Positions 39,985 to 52,041 of a stretch of 64,000 nucleotides of DNA are shown here, in pieces; within the stretch, counting starts at the first letter, position 1; each line of letters starts with the position of its first letter. Origin of the DNA: an uncultured Actinomycetes bacterium (lineage in GTDB: Bacteria; Actinomycetota; Acidimicrobiia; Spongiisociales; DATADW01); assembly GCA_963824995.1 (NCBI GenBank), contig CAWGRK010000001.1, positions 201,094 through 265,093 of the forward strand. Reading direction: 5' to 3'. The notes under the pieces were generated by a model, which was given only the letters and a program-made list of their open reading frames with translations, searched no databases and was not told where the DNA came from. A program made the position numbers and the translations under genes.

Positions 39985-41577
39985 TCAACCCAATGCCATA
40001 CCCTCGACCGAACCGGTCGGGTCTGGCAATTTCATCATCCGGAACGAGTTGAAGAGCCCGACGAGCCCGGCGAGGATCGGGATGAGAAGGGCGACCTGGA
40101 GGGCAAAGGGTCTCGCCTCCGTGTTGATCCGGATCATCTCGTCTTGGATCACCTCGGGCTGGCCCACCAGCAGCTCGTCGAGCGCCGTGTTGCTCATCAA
40201 CTCCGCATCGTCTTCCAGCGCCTGCGCCACCTGCTCCTTCTCGTCCGGGGGAAGCACCGTGCTGTTTTGCGCCATGTCGGTGAAAGTGAGAGCAAGCGTC
40301 GCCAGCATGATGGCGCCGGCGAAGGCCAGCCCGAACGAGAGCCCGAACGACCCCGCCGCCGAGTTCACTCCCGCAGCCTCGCTGACCCGCTCCTCAGAAA
40401 TCGGGGACAGGGTGTAGTTGTTGAGCTGCGAGACCAACAGGCCGAGCCCCGATCCCGCGATCACCAATGGGATGACGAGGTACCAGCCAGAGTCTGCCCT
40501 CGGCACGATCGGGATCAGGACCGCCATTCCTATTGTGAGCAGGGCGAATCCCAGACGAATGATGCTCGCCGGACGTCTCGATCCAGCCTTCTTCCCGGCG
40601 AGGATGGCAACTCCGAACATGCTGAGGGAGAGCGGAGCCAGCGACAACCCAGCCCCCATCGCGTTGTACTCGAGCACCATCTGTAGGTAGATGGGAAGCG
40701 CGATCATGGCGCCCCCGAGCGAGATCTGCTGGAGCATCTGCTGGGAAACCCCGAACCTGAACATCTTGGATTTGAACAGATCCGGGTCAAGAAGCGTCGC
40801 CTTGTCTTGACGTTTGCGCCGAACCAACCAATAGACCAGCGCTCCCAGTGCAAAGGCACCAACCGCCAGTAGCGCAGCAACCGACTCACCGCCTTCCTGC
40901 CACACCAGGATGCTGAGCACGATGCCGCCCATGCCAAGGACGGAGAGGACCGAACCGACCGCGTCGACGCGGCGAGGTCCGGTGTAGGGAACGTCACGAA
41001 CGAGTCCCAGGCCGGACAGCACGATGGCGATCACCACTACCTCGAGCGCAAAGGCGACACGGTACGAAAGGTAGGTGGTGATGAAGCCCCCGATCAGCGG
41101 TCCGACGGCGGCGGCGATCGCAGCCGCTGCCCCAACGAGGGCGTAGACCCTCTTCTGAGCGGCGCCCTCGAAGTTGCCGTGGATGAGGGACTGCATCGAT
41201 GGCAGCAGGAGCGAGGCGCCCAGCCCACCCACTATTGCCCAGAAGATGATGATCGTGGTGAGGTCCTGAGCCAGCGTCATTGCCAGGGCACCGACGGCGT
41301 AGCCGAGTAGACCCAGGACGTATGCGCGTTTGCGCCCAAAGAGATCGCCGACCTTGCTCCCGATCAGGATGAAGGCGGCAGATACCAGCGCCTCGAGCGC
41401 GATCGCCGACTGGACGCCGCTGACCGTTGTGCCGAGATCCTGCACCACCGCCGAGATCGAGACGTTCATCAACGACGTGTCGACTACAAGCACGAACATC
41501 GCCATCGCCAGCAATAGGCCGAGCCGCCGATCGCCGGACGCTTCCTCAGGAACGACGGCTTCCGCTCCTTCGGTCAT
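39985..41577 (-). CDS. MFS transporter (DHA2-like, 14 TM)
   Basis: DTSLMNVSI, GSKVGDLFGRKR and GPLIGG motifs. Confidence 0.9.
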   Translation of the reverse strand: MTEGAEAVVPEEASGDRRLGLLLAMAMFVLVVDTSLMNVSISAVVQDLGTTVSGVQSAIALEALVSAAFILIGSKVGDLFGRKRAYVLGLLGYAVGALAMTLAQDLTTIIIFWAIVGGLGASLLLPSMQSLIHGNFEGAAQKRVYALVGAAAAIAAAVGPLIGGFITTYLSYRVAFALEVVVIAIVLSGLGLVRDVPYTGPRRVDAVGSVLSVLGMGGIVLSILVWQEGGESVAALLAVGAFALGALVYWLVRRKRQDKATLLDPDLFKSKMFRFGVSQQMLQQISLGGAMIALPIYLQMVLEYNAMGAGLSLAPLSLSMFGVAILAGKKAGSRRPASIIRLGFALLTIGMAVLIPIVPRADSGWYLVIPLVIAGSGLGLLVSQLNNYTLSPISEERVSEAAGVNSAAGSFGLSFGLAFAGAIMLATLALTFTDMAQNSTVLPPDEKEQVAQALEDDAELMSNTALDELLVGQPEVIQDEMIRINTEARPFALQVALLIPILAGLVGLFNSFRMMKLPDPTGSVEGMALG

Positions 41578-41694
41578 ATTTGGCTACCTGCGCTTGGCAC
41601 GCCCGAGATGCTAGGACTCCTTCGTTGGACAGCGGCGGTCATTCAACCACCGGACGGCGGCGTCACCCTGCCGGCTCATGCCCAATGGCGTCCG

Positions 41695-43200
41695 TCATGC
41701 GAGGAGCGCACCCACCCCTAGGACGACTATGGAAAGCGCCGCCAACATTGCCAGCAACGGCCAGACCCAACGCAGATACCTGCCATAGGGAACACGCGCA
41801 ATGGCGAGTCCGCCCATAACGACAGCGGACGTCGGTATGAACAAGTTCATCACCCCTGAGGCGCTCTGATACGCGGTTACGACCAGGCTTGCAGGCACAT
41901 CAACAAAGCCGGCCAGCGGTGCCATGATCGGCATCGCCACCGTCGCCAGCCCCGAGGTGGAAGGGATCAGGAAGGAGAGAGGGAGAAACAACACGTACAT
42001 CACGACCGCGAAAGCGGCCTGACCAACGCCTTCCAAAGCGACCTCGGCCCAATGGAGCACGGTGTCGGTGATCTGGCCATTGTTCATGATCACGGTGATT
42101 CCCCGGGCGATCCCGATGATCAATGCCACTCCGAGCAGTTCGCCCGCGCCGGTGACGAAGGTCGAGGTCAAGTCGCCCTCCCGCATCCTCCCGATCAGCC
42201 CGATCACGACCGAGAAGAGCAGGAACGATGCGGTCATCTCGGGAAACCACCACCACAGCGTCGGCAGGCCAATCCCGAGGTCCTCCCAGGGGATGACGCC
42301 GTAGATCATCACCAGGAACGCCAGCCCGAACACGACCAGGACCACCTTCTGAGTGCTGGTCATTTCCGTGGGGCCGTCTCCCTGGTCCGCCGCTCTGAAC
42401 CGCCGCTCGTTCTCCTCCTTCATGTCGGCGACCATCGAAAGCGCCGGCTCGTTCTTGACTCGGGCGGCGTACCGCATCACGAAGAAGATCCCGATGGCGA
42501 GGCCCACGATGAGGATCACCAATCGCCCGATGAGTCCGTCGCTTATCGGAATGCCGGCGAATCCGGACGCGATCCCGGTGGCGAACGGGTTGATGGTGGA
42601 ACCCAGAACCCCGATGCCGCACCCCAACAGGACGATTGCGGCACCGGTGAGGGCGTCGTAGCCGGCGGCGATCATCACGGTGATCACCAGCGCGAAGAAG
42701 GCGAGGCTCTCCTCCGCCATTCCGAAGGTGGTACCCCCGATGGCGAAGACGGTCATCAGGAGCGGGATCATCCACCTCTCCCGGCCCCGCAGCTTCGCCA
42801 CCAGCCTTCCGATACCCGCCTGTATCGCCCCGGTCTTCATGGTGACTCCGAGGAAGCCTCCGATCACGATGATGAACAGGGCGACGTCGATGGCACCGAA
42901 CAGCGTCCCGGTGTTGTAGTAGTTGATGTTCCCGGTCTCATCCTCGATCCCGTAGAGGCCGTTGATCGGAGCGGTGATCGAGTCGACGAGGATCCGCTGC
43001 GGGTTCGACTCCACCTCGTGATAGGTGCCCGGGATCGGCTCGCCCTCCTCGGTGACGTCGTAGTCGCCGGCGGGGACGATCCAAGTGGCGATCGCCGCCA
43101 GGACGATCAACGCGAACAGGATGGTGTAGGCCGAGGGAAGGGTGAAGCGTCCCTTCTTTGGGGCTTCTGCTTCGGGCTCGACTGCCGTCCCGTTACTCAT
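41695..43200 (-). CDS. YfcC/DcuC-family basic amino acid antiporter (probable Arg/Orn exchanger)
   Basis: LPSAYTILF, GGTTFGMAEE, STINPFATGIA and FLIPSTSGLA motifs; located in the arc operon. Confidence 0.88.
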   Translation of the reverse strand: MSNGTAVEPEAEAPKKGRFTLPSAYTILFALIVLAAIATWIVPAGDYDVTEEGEPIPGTYHEVESNPQRILVDSITAPINGLYGIEDETGNINYYNTGTLFGAIDVALFIIVIGGFLGVTMKTGAIQAGIGRLVAKLRGRERWMIPLLMTVFAIGGTTFGMAEESLAFFALVITVMIAAGYDALTGAAIVLLGCGIGVLGSTINPFATGIASGFAGIPISDGLIGRLVILIVGLAIGIFFVMRYAARVKNEPALSMVADMKEENERRFRAADQGDGPTEMTSTQKVVLVVFGLAFLVMIYGVIPWEDLGIGLPTLWWWFPEMTASFLLFSVVIGLIGRMREGDLTSTFVTGAGELLGVALIIGIARGITVIMNNGQITDTVLHWAEVALEGVGQAAFAVVMYVLFLPLSFLIPSTSGLATVAMPIMAPLAGFVDVPASLVVTAYQSASGVMNLFIPTSAVVMGGLAIARVPYGRYLRWVWPLLAMLAALSIVVLGVGALLA

Positions 43201-44761
43201 AGGAGCCTCCCTCTCGTGGGTCGATCGACGCGGGAAGGAGAGCGGTCTCGCCCTCCGGTGACGACGGCTGAAGCTGGGGGACCTTGAACCCGACATACCC
43301 ATAGATCACATCGAGGATCGGGCTCAGGATGTTGAAGAAGCAGTACGGAAGGTAGGCGGCAGTGGGAACACCGAGGACTCCCGAGATATAGGCACCGCAC
43401 GTGTTCCACGGGACCAACACCGAGGTCACCGTTCCCGAGTCCTCCACTGCTCTGGAGAGCACCTGAGGAGCCAGTCCGCGCTGCTGGAACTCATCACGGA
43501 ACATCCGGCTTGGCAGGACGTCGGCGACGTATTGATCGCCTGCGATCACGTTCAAGCCGATTCCACTGGCGTTGACCGCAAGGATCAAGCTGCCCCTCGA
43601 CCTCGCCCGGGAAACGATGGGGGACAACAGTCTCTCGAGAAACCCGGCGCGCTCCATGATCGAGGCGAACGCCAGCGCAGCCAGCACAAGCCACACCGTC
43701 GTGAGCAGGCTCGCCATCCCGCCGCGCGAGAACAACTCGTCAACGCCAGGAAGCCCTGGTGACGCGTCGACGTAGCCAGTGGCCATGGCGGCGTAGATCG
43801 CCTCGATGCCTGTTGCGACCGGTCCCAGAGCCGGATCTCCCACGAATGCCTCGACCGATTCCCTCTGGCGTGAAGACGGCGAGGATGCCTGCGAATAGAG
43901 CCGATCCCACGATGGCGAGAAACGGCGGCGCTTTCCTGACCGAGAAGAGGACAAGCAGGAGCAAAGGCAAGAGGGCGACCGGCGAGATGTTGAAGGCACT
44001 CTCCAGAGCCTCGACCGCTGCCTCCGAGCTCGCTTCACCCCCGGGAACCGCGGTCAGTCCCGAGTACGAGGAAGATGATGCAGACTGATCCCGATTGCCG
44101 GTCCGGCGGTCCAGAACATGTTGCGGACGTGTTCGCCGACGGTGAGACCTCCCCCCACCAGCTTCGGCACCAGGATGGTCGTCTCCGACAGAGGCGTCAT
44201 CTTGTCGCCGAAGTACGCCCCGCAGATGACAGCCCCGGCGGCGATCGCCTCGGACAGGCCGAGCACCCGTGCCATGGCGACGAAGGCGACCCCGAGCGTC
44301 CCCGCGGTGGTCCATGAGCTTCCGGTGACCATGCCGACCAGCGCACAGATCACCGCCGTCGCCAGGTAGAACCACTCCGGGCTCATGATGCTGATCCCAT
44401 AGGTGACCACCGTCGGGATCGTCCCCGCCATGTTCCAAGTCCCGATGAGCGCCCCAACCGCGAGAAGGATGAAGATGGCGCTCATCGCCGAAGAGACCCC
44501 GCCGACGATCGCCTCGGTGACCTCGGCCACGGTGTACCCGTTCTTGAAGGCAACCAGGGTGGCAAATGAGGCGCTCAACAGCAGGGCGACCTGCAACGGC
44601 CCGTCCGTAGCGCCGACTCCGAAGAGGGCGATGGTGAGGGCGATGAGGAGGATGAGGACGACGATCGGAGCCAGGGCGTCGAGCAGGCTTGGTGGACGAG
44701 GTCTTTGCGGCGAACCGGGACCGGGCCCAGCCGCCTCGTCCCCCGCCTGGGTGTCAGCCAA
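43193..44761 (-). CDS. nhaC: NhaC-family antiporter; about three single-base frameshifts (near 44081, 44060, 43865)
   Basis: GSSWTTAGTLG, GAYFGDKMTPLSETT, LFSRGGM and LSRAVEDSGTVTSVLVPWNTCG motifs are spread over several frames. Confidence 0.85.
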
Positions 44762-44915
44762 GGTCCCCGCCGAAGACGACCACCGTGGCGCCGCCCCGAG
44801 CGGACGACCCCACGTCGTCACCGCGCCGGTGCTCACCGCCCCGGGCGAATGCCACCAGACCCAGGACCAGCACCACCGCCACGATGATGATGACCCACCT
44901 CACGGAATCGCTCAT
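44754..44915 (-). CDS. Small single-TM protein (53 aa)
   Basis: AGGGAGGA RBS; MSDSVRWVIIIVAVVLVLGLVAFARG; stop overlaps the nhaC start. Confidence 0.65.
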   Translation of the reverse strand: MSDSVRWVIIIVAVVLVLGLVAFARGGEHRRGDDVGSSARGGATVVVFGGDLG

Positions 44916-44947
44916 CTCGTGTCCTCCCTTCCAGCAGAGGGCCCCAT

Positions 44948-46210
44948 CTATAGCGGGTCGCGCTCCAGCGGACATGTCATGCAGTGCCCTCCGCCCCGGC
45001 CCTTACCCAATTCGAAGCCCTCGATGGTGACCACCTCGACGCCGGCGCGGCGCATGGCATCGATGGTGTAGGTGTTCCGCTCGTAGGCGACGACCACGCC
45101 GGGCTCGAGGGCGACGACGTTGTTGCCGTCGTCCCACTGCTCGCGCTCCTGCTGGTACTCATTGCCCCCGGTCTCGACCACCTGGAGGTCGCTCACACCG
45201 AGGGCGTCGGCGACTGCAGGGATGAAGCCGTCCTCTTCGGTGACATGGAATTTTCCCGGCTCGGTTCCCGGGCGCAGGCTGATCGCCCGGACCTGATCCA
45301 TCACCTTCGGGTACACGGTCGCCTTGTCCCGGTCGAGCAGCGTGAACACCGTGTCGAGGTGCATGTGTGCACGGTCCTTGGTCATCACGACTGCAATGAC
45401 CCGTTCCGCCGCTCCCTTGGCAAAAAGGGCGCGGGCGATCTGTTCGATCATCCTTGCCTGCGTCCGCTCGCTGAGCCCGATCAGCACCGTGCCGTTGCCG
45501 ATCGGCTGCACGTCGCCACCTTCGAGCGAGGACCGCCCGAAGTCGGCCGCCTGGAAACGCCCATCGTCACCCAGTTCCGGATACCAGTACTCGAAATCGG
45601 CGTCGGCGAACATCGGGTGGTAGCGGTAGATGGCGGCGACGTTGTACGCCTCGAGACGTCTCGCCGGCCAATACATGGGGTTGACCGACACCCCCCCATA
45701 CATCCAGCATGACGAATCCCGTGTGAACAGCGTGTTGGGCAGCGGGGGGAGGATGAACGCACTGGTGTCGTCCAACGCCGCCGCACCGAGCGACGAGCCT
45801 CCCAGCTTGTCGAGGTCGAGGTCGGCTTCGGCGACCGTCATGCCGCCGATGAGGTGCCTGGCGAGGTCTTCTGGCTTGAGCGCCCAAAGCACGGCGCGCA
45901 CCTCATCGACCAGCGAGGTGCCCACGGTGTACTCCGACACCGTCAGTTCGATCAGGCGGCGGCGCCCCTCTTCGTCGGCAGCCAGCGCCTCGGCGAGCAG
46001 CTCGCGGAGGATGAATACCTCGACACCCCGCTCGCGCATCTTCGCCACGAACTGGTCGTGCTCGTATTGGGCACGCTCCACCCAGAGCACGTCGTCGAAG
46101 AGCAACTCGTCGTGGTTGGTGGGTGTCAACCTCTGCAGGCTCAGCTCTGGTCGGTGGACCATCACCCTCCGCAGCTTCCCGACCTCGGAGTGCACTCCGA
46201 ATGCGCTCAT
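44948..46210 (-). CDS. arcA: Arginine deiminase
   Basis: [28 protein letters not shown] and GGGHCMTCP motifs. Confidence 0.96.
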   Translation of the reverse strand: MSAFGVHSEVGKLRRVMVHRPELSLQRLTPTNHDELLFDDVLWVERAQYEHDQFVAKMRERGVEVFILRELLAEALAADEEGRRRLIELTVSEYTVGTSLVDEVRAVLWALKPEDLARHLIGGMTVAEADLDLDKLGGSSLGAAALDDTSAFILPPLPNTLFTRDSSCWMYGGVSVNPMYWPARRLEAYNVAAIYRYHPMFADADFEYWYPELGDDGRFQAADFGRSSLEGGDVQPIGNGTVLIGLSERTQARMIEQIARALFAKGAAERVIAVVMTKDRAHMHLDTVFTLLDRDKATVYPKVMDQVRAISLRPGTEPGKFHVTEEDGFIPAVADALGVSDLQVVETGGNEYQQEREQWDDGNNVVALEPGVVVAYERNTYTIDAMRRAGVEVVTIEGFELGKGRGGGHCMTCPLERDPL

Positions 46211-46226
46211 CTCTCGAACTCCTTCC

Positions 46227-47141
46227 TCATTCGGGCACCACCTGGGTCCCCGCTGCGCCGTCCACGATCTGTTCGATCTGCTCCAGGCTCCCGATCGCGG
46301 CACCCTTGCCGGTGCGCTCGACAAACCGCCTCGCCGCCTCGACCTTTGGCCCCATCGATCCGGCGGCGAAGTCCATGGCCTGCAACTCGCCCGGCGTGAT
46401 CCGGTCGAGGCGCCTTTGCGACTCGGTGCCCCAATCGGCGTAGACGCCGTCGACGTCGGTCACCATCACCAGCAGGTCGGCTTCGACCTCCCTGGCGAGC
46501 AGCTCGCTGGCCAGGTCCTTGTCGATCACGGCCTCGACGCCGACCAGCGTGCGCTCGGCATCCGGGTCGTACATGGTCGGGATGCCGCCACCGCCGGCAC
46601 AGATCACCACGACACCCCTCTCCAACAGCCAGCGGATGGGCCGGATCTCGAATATGCGCTTCGGCTCAGGGGAGGGCACCACCCGGCGCCAGCGATCACC
46701 GTCCTGCTTTACGATCCAACCCTTGTCGGAGGCGAGCTGGTCGGCCTCCTCCTTCTCGTACACGGGTCCCACGAACTTGGTCGGATCCTCGAATGCCGGA
46801 TCCGCCGGGTCCACCTCGATCATGGTGAGGATCGTGGCGAAAGGGACCTCGAAGGGCAGGCGATTCCCCAGTTCCTGCTCGAGGAAATAGCCGATCATGC
46901 CCTCGGTCTGCGCCCCGAGTACATCGAGCGGGTAGGCCTCGACCTCTTCGTATGCGGCACCTTGAAGGGCCAGCAGGCCCACCTGGGGACCGTTGCCATG
47001 CGATAGGACCAGCTGGTGCTTGGTCGCCACCGCGGCCAGCGCCGGGGCCGCCGTCCTCACGTTCCTCCGCTGCACGTCTGCCGTCATCGGTTCGCCCCGC
47101 TTCAACAGGGCGTTTCCTCCAAGCGCGAGCACCACTCTCAT
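46227..47141 (-). CDS. arcC: Carbamate kinase
   Basis: [35 protein letters not shown] and GSMGPK motifs. Confidence 0.96.
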   Translation of the reverse strand: MRVVLALGGNALLKRGEPMTADVQRRNVRTAAPALAAVATKHQLVLSHGNGPQVGLLALQGAAYEEVEAYPLDVLGAQTEGMIGYFLEQELGNRLPFEVPFATILTMIEVDPADPAFEDPTKFVGPVYEKEEADQLASDKGWIVKQDGDRWRRVVPSPEPKRIFEIRPIRWLLERGVVVICAGGGGIPTMYDPDAERTLVGVEAVIDKDLASELLAREVEADLLVMVTDVDGVYADWGTESQRRLDRITPGELQAMDFAAGSMGPKVEAARRFVERTGKGAAIGSLEQIEQIVDGAAGTQVVPE

Positions 47142-47152
47142 TGCGGGTCCGA

Positions 47153-48154
47153 TCAGTCGCCCAGGGTGGCCACCATCACTGCCTTGATGGTGTGCATCCG
47201 GTTCTCGGCCTGGTCGAAGACGATCGAGTGCTCCGACTCGAAGACATCGTCGGTGACTTCCATCCCTTCGAGACCGTACTTCTCGAAGATCTCCTCGCCG
47301 ACCTTCGTCTCGCGGTTGTGGAATGCGGGGAGGCAGTGCATGAACTTGACCGCTGGGTTCTCGGTTCTACCGACGACGTCGGCGTTCACCTGGTACGGCT
47401 TCAGCAGTTCGATCCGCTCAGCCCACACACCCGGGTCCTCACCCATCGACACCCAGACGTCCGTGTAGAGGTAGTCGACACCCTGAACACCCTCATCGAC
47501 ATCCTCGGTCAGGGTGAGCCTCGCCCCGGTCTCCTCGGCGATCTCCCGGCATGTCTTCACAAGACCTTCTTCCGGCCAGAGGTGCTCGGGAGCGCATAAC
47601 CGGACATCCATCCCGAACTTGCACCCGCCGACCATGAGCGAGTTGCCCATGTTGTTGCGGGCATCGCCCAGATAGCAGAAGGCGATCTCCGACAGGTGCT
47701 TGTCGGAGTGCTCTGTCATCGTCAGCACATCGGCCAGGATCTGCGTGGGGTGGAACTCGGTGGTGAGCCCGTTCCAGACCGGTACACCGGCATGCTCCGC
47801 CAGCGTCTCGACGGTCTCCTGGCCGAAGCCGCGGTACTCGATCCCGTCGAACGTCCGTCCCAGGACCCGGGCCGTGTCCTTCATCGACTCCTTGTGACCG
47901 ATCTGCGATCCCGAAGGCTCCAGATAGGTGACGTGGGCTCCCTGGTCGTGAGCCGCGACCTCGAAGGCGGTCCTCGTCCGGGTGGACGTCTTCTCGAAGA
48001 TCAGCGCGATGTTCTTCCCGGCCAGCCGCTGCCGCTCGTAGCCACCGTATTTGGCAGCCTTGAGGTCTGCCGAGAGGCTCAACAGAAATCGCATCTCCTG
48101 CGGGGTGAAATCGAGTTCCTTTACAAAACTCCGGTTCCTCAGATTGAAGGCCAT
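47153..48154 (-). CDS. arcB: Ornithine carbamoyltransferase (catabolic type)
   Basis: STRTR, HPTQ and HCLP motifs; DGIEYRG has the Glu found in catabolic OTCs; arc operon context. Confidence 0.94.
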   Translation of the reverse strand: MAFNLRNRSFVKELDFTPQEMRFLLSLSADLKAAKYGGYERQRLAGKNIALIFEKTSTRTRTAFEVAAHDQGAHVTYLEPSGSQIGHKESMKDTARVLGRTFDGIEYRGFGQETVETLAEHAGVPVWNGLTTEFHPTQILADVLTMTEHSDKHLSEIAFCYLGDARNNMGNSLMVGGCKFGMDVRLCAPEHLWPEEGLVKTCREIAEETGARLTLTEDVDEGVQGVDYLYTDVWVSMGEDPGVWAERIELLKPYQVNADVVGRTENPAVKFMHCLPAFHNRETKVGEEIFEKYGLEGMEVTDDVFESEHSIVFDQAENRMHTIKAVMVATLGD

Positions 48155-48162
48155 TGCTCCTC

Positions 48163-50940
48163 CTAACTCACGGCGACTGCATGACGTGGCGCCTCCTGGG
48201 CGGTCTCCCTTCGTCGGATCACGAACTTGATCAGCTCCTCGATGACAACGAGGGTCGCCGCCAAACCGACGCACACGGACCATTGGGAGAAGCTGAGGTC
48301 GACGGTTCCGAATATCCGCTGCAGGAAGCCGATCGTCGTGACCGCGATGATCGCCAAGAGGGCGATGCCATACCGGCGAAGTTGCGTCGCTCCTGGTAGC
48401 AGCCGTCGGTCGAAGATCGTGTTCCGTTGGTCTCGCGCCAGGTACCCGGCGGCGAGGTGGAAGACGGACAGCGTGGTGAGCAGCATGGTATTGGCTACGG
48501 CCGGTCCGAACGTCGGCTCGGCCCACTGGTAGGCGACAAGCGAGCCCACAGTCATCACGAATCCTTGGACGCAGAGTCGGACCCAGTTGGCACTGGAGAG
48601 GACCGGTGCCCCGACCGGGCGGGGAGCACGATCCATCAGCCCGACGGAGGGCACATCGAAACCGAGCGCGATTGCGATCGGGATGTCCACGACCATATTC
48701 AGCCACAGGATCTGCAGCGGGTTGAGTGGGATCCCGCCGGCTATGGCGAAGACTCCGGCGGCGATGAAGAGGGCGATGTAGGCGACCAGGGTCGACATCT
48801 GAAAACGCAGGTACTTGAGCAGGTTGTCGTACAGGCCCCGGCCGTACTCGACCGCGTTGACGATCGTGGCGAAGTTGTCGTCGGTGAGGATCATCACCGC
48901 GGCCTCCTTGGAGACCTCGGTGCCGGTGATGCCCATGGCAACGCCGATATCGGCTGCCTTCAGCGCCGGAGCGTCGTTGACGCCATCACCGGTCATGGCC
49001 ACGATGTTTCCGGTCTCCTGGAGCATGCGGACAAGACGAATTTTGTCCTCGGGAGCCACACGTGCCACCACACCGATGTTCCCGAGCTCTGCCTTCAGCT
49101 CGTCATCGCTCATCGCGGCAAACGCGGTGCCGGTGATCGCTTGTCCTTCGATCCCGAGCTCCTTGGCGATGGCTCCCGCCGTGGTGGCGTGGTCTCCGGT
49201 GATCATCCGAACCCGAATTCCCGCCTGTTTGCATTCGGCGATCGCAGCCTTCGCTTCAGACCGAGGCGGATCGACGATTCCGACCATCGCCAGGAGGGTG
49301 AGGTCATCCACGAGTTCTATGAGGCTGCCACCGCTGTCAAAGGACGATGGATCGAAGTCCTTCTGGGCAACCACCATCACACGATGGCCAGTCTCGGCCA
49401 TGGCATCGTTCGCATCGGACGCCAGGTGACGGTTGTCGTCTGAGACCGGGACGATGGTCCCGTCCGGAGCTCGAAAGGAACCCCCGCGCGAAATCAGGAC
49501 ATCGGGCGCTCCCTTGACATAACAGCGGAAAACCGGGGTGCCATCCGCTCCCTTCATCTCGTGGAAGGTCGCCATGAACTTGTATTCCGAGTCGAAGGGG
49601 ACTTCGGCAACCCGGGGATAGGTCTGGCGTGTGGTCTCTATGTCGAGCCCACCCTTGGCTCCGAGCACGATGAGAGCGCCTTCGGTGGGATCGCCGATCA
49701 GACTCTCTCCGTCCAAGACAGCATCGGCGCAGAGCACCATCGGGAGGAGGTAGGGATCGAGGTCGATGTGCTCGCCCCCGACGTGTTTGATCTCGCCATC
49801 GATGCCGTATCCCTCGCCGGAGACGGTGAACCGGTTCTGACCGGGGATGGCCATCTCTCGGGCCGTCATCTTGTTGAGGGTGAGCGTGCCTGTCTTGTCG
49901 GAGCAGATCGCCGATGTCGAACCAAGGGTCTCGACGGCCGGAAGCCGCTTGACGATTGCGTTGCGGCGTGCGATCTCCTGGGTTCCGATCGAGAGCAGCG
50001 CGGTGACGACCGCCGGGAGCCCGGTCGGTATGGCGGCGACCGCCAGAGCAACACCGGTGATGAACAGCGTGTCGAACGACTCGCCCCGCACCAACCCGAG
50101 GACCACGACAAGAACCAGCGCGATGCCGGCGATCGTTGCGATGATCTTGGAGAGGCCATCGAGCTGCTTTTGCAGCGGCGTCTTCTCCGATTCGGTACTG
50201 GCGAGCAGATCTGCAATCTTCCCGATCTCGGTGTTCATGCCGGTCCCGGTGACGATCATCTCGCCCCGGCCACGGGTAACCGAGGTGTTCATGTAAGCGA
50301 CGCACGTCCGGTCGCCGAGCGGTACTTCGTCCCCGATCACCGGTTCGGTGCCTTTGGCGACCGGCAGGCTCTCCCCGGTCAACGCCGCCTCCTCGATCTC
50401 GAGGTTGGCGGCAAGCGTGATCCGGCTGTCGGCGGGAACCACGTTCCCCGCCTCGACCAGCACCACGTCACCGGGCACCAGCTCGCCGGCATCGACCTCG
50501 AGCACCTGGCCGTCTCGGCGAACACGAGCAATCGTCTTCATCATCTGGGCGAGCGCCTTCACGCTCTCCTCGGCCTTCGACTCCTGATGCAGGCCCATCA
50601 CTGCGTTGAAGAGCGTGAGACCTACCAGCACCACCGTCGTGCCGGTATCCCCGGTGACGATCTGGTTGATCGCCGCCGCCCCCAGCAGCACGATCTGCAT
50701 GAAATCCTGGTACTGCCGGATGAATGCCTGGAAGCCCGACTCCTTCTTCGCCCCGGTCAGTTGGTTCGGGCCGTACTGCTCCAGCCGGCGTTGCACCTCT
50801 CCTGCGCTGAGACCTCGATTGACGTCAACACCGAGTGTCGCGGCCACCGCCTCCGCCTCGATCAGATGGGGCAACGACGAACCACTGAGGGCGCTACCTT
50901 CGACTTGCGTGGGTGTCAGGTCGGGGCCACCACTACTCAT
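48163..50940 (-). CDS. P-type ATPase, type II-like, with atypical TM4 motif (PTGL)
   Basis: [20 protein letters not shown] and GDGVND motifs; TM4 reads AAIPTGLP. Confidence 0.92.
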   Translation of the reverse strand: MSSGGPDLTPTQVEGSALSGSSLPHLIEAEAVAATLGVDVNRGLSAGEVQRRLEQYGPNQLTGAKKESGFQAFIRQYQDFMQIVLLGAAAINQIVTGDTGTTVVLVGLTLFNAVMGLHQESKAEESVKALAQMMKTIARVRRDGQVLEVDAGELVPGDVVLVEAGNVVPADSRITLAANLEIEEAALTGESLPVAKGTEPVIGDEVPLGDRTCVAYMNTSVTRGRGEMIVTGTGMNTEIGKIADLLASTESEKTPLQKQLDGLSKIIATIAGIALVLVVVLGLVRGESFDTLFITGVALAVAAIPTGLPAVVTALLSIGTQEIARRNAIVKRLPAVETLGSTSAICSDKTGTLTLNKMTAREMAIPGQNRFTVSGEGYGIDGEIKHVGGEHIDLDPYLLPMVLCADAVLDGESLIGDPTEGALIVLGAKGGLDIETTRQTYPRVAEVPFDSEYKFMATFHEMKGADGTPVFRCYVKGAPDVLISRGGSFRAPDGTIVPVSDDNRHLASDANDAMAETGHRVMVVAQKDFDPSSFDSGGSLIELVDDLTLLAMVGIVDPPRSEAKAAIAECKQAGIRVRMITGDHATTAGAIAKELGIEGQAITGTAFAAMSDDELKAELGNIGVVARVAPEDKIRLVRMLQETGNIVAMTGDGVNDAPALKAADIGVAMGITGTEVSKEAAVMILTDDNFATIVNAVEYGRGLYDNLLKYLRFQMSTLVAYIALFIAAGVFAIAGGIPLNPLQILWLNMVVDIPIAIALGFDVPSVGLMDRAPRPVGAPVLSSANWVRLCVQGFVMTVGSLVAYQWAEPTFGPAVANTMLLTTLSVFHLAAGYLARDQRNTIFDRRLLPGATQLRRYGIALLAIIAVTTIGFLQRIFGTVDLSFSQWSVCVGLAATLVVIEELIKFVIRRRETAQEAPRHAVAVS

Positions 50941-51250
50941 CGGTCCTCCGTTCGACTACAGACGTCTTATCCACCGGTATCCCCCTGAGGGAAGTCGACC
51001 TCATCATATGTCGGGGTGGCGATCCCGATATCCGGCTAGCGCGTTCATTCGCCAAGAGTTCGAGAGCCCGTCTCGTCTTTGTCTTCTTGCTCGAGGTCGG
51101 TCCCGGGCTCCCCGAGGAAGTCTCGGCGGCGAAGGCTTTGGCGAGCTTGCAATAGCGCGCCGGGATCTCGATGAAGCGCCCCTTGGTGCCTCTCATTCCG
51201 ACCGGCCCACTACACGACGACTCGAGCGATCAATCAACCTCGATGGATGA

Positions 51251-51556
51251 TCAGGCGAGAATTCGGGCCTTTTGGATAGCGAACTCCTCCTCGGTGAGGA
51301 TGCCCTGTGCCCTGAGCTCGCCGAGTTCGCGCAGCTGGGCCAGGGTGTCCTCGGTGCCGGCGGACGAGGCATATTGCGGTGCTGGCTGCGGGGGCGGAGC
51401 GACCGCCTGGTCGTAGGCCTGCTGGCGATCTGCGTAGATCTGTGCATCCCGGTCTGCGTAGCGCTCGGCCTGGCGGCGCTGAACCCGGCCACTGACTGCG
51501 GTCGCCGTACCGGCGACGACGGCTGTGCGCGCTATCCCGCGCATGAGTCCTGGCAT
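51251..51556 (-). CDS. SHOCT-domain protein
   Basis: C-terminal LRELGELRAQGILTEEEFAIQKARIL; AGGAG RBS. Confidence 0.88.
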   Translation of the reverse strand: MPGLMRGIARTAVVAGTATAVSGRVQRRQAERYADRDAQIYADRQQAYDQAVAPPPQPAPQYASSAGTEDTLAQLRELGELRAQGILTEEEFAIQKARILA

Positions 51557-51568
51557 TGCTTTCTCCTT

Positions 51569-52003
51569 TCAGTCAGCCGCCTCGGCGGCGTCCAGCGCGT
51601 CCATGATGTCCTGTGCGGAGAGGCGGGCGCTGGCGACCATCTGGCCATCCTCACCTCGAGCCGCGGCAACGAACGGGATCGCCCATGCGTTTTCGTAGAG
51701 CAACACCGCGGCGGCTTTGCCCGATTCGATTACCCCGGCCGCCTCGACCACATCGTCCGTCGTCAGCAGCCCAGATCGGGCTCCCGAGAACCTGGCGAGT
51801 GCGGACAGCGGCCCGTCGGACGACAGGTCGACTTCGGTGCAAGTGCCGTCGGCATCGGTGGTGACGACCATCAGGTCGTACAGCCGCACAGTCGCGCTGT
51901 CGATGAGATCGCCAAGTGCCTTGGCGGTATCGGCGCCGTCGGCACCGCCAGGAAACTCGATGACGAGCACGTCGACTGGCCCGTGGACATCGGGCTTGGT
52001 CAT
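51569..52003 (-). CDS. DUF6325/DUF1269-like protein
   Basis: GPVDVLVIEFPG, VRLYDL and AAVLLYENAWA motifs; GAGGAG RBS. Confidence 0.8.
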   Translation of the reverse strand: MTKPDVHGPVDVLVIEFPGGADGADTAKALGDLIDSATVRLYDLMVVTTDADGTCTEVDLSSDGPLSALARFSGARSGLLTTDDVVEAAGVIESGKAAAVLLYENAWAIPFVAAARGEDGQMVASARLSAQDIMDALDAAEAAD

Positions 52004-52041
52004 GACTCCTCCTAGATCGGGCTGCGCAGGATCTTCTGACT

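Noticed and set aside
47153..48706. 517-aa OTC with long N-terminal extension
   Set aside because: The extension overlaps the ATPase in another frame; an AGGAGGAG RBS precedes ATG 48154.
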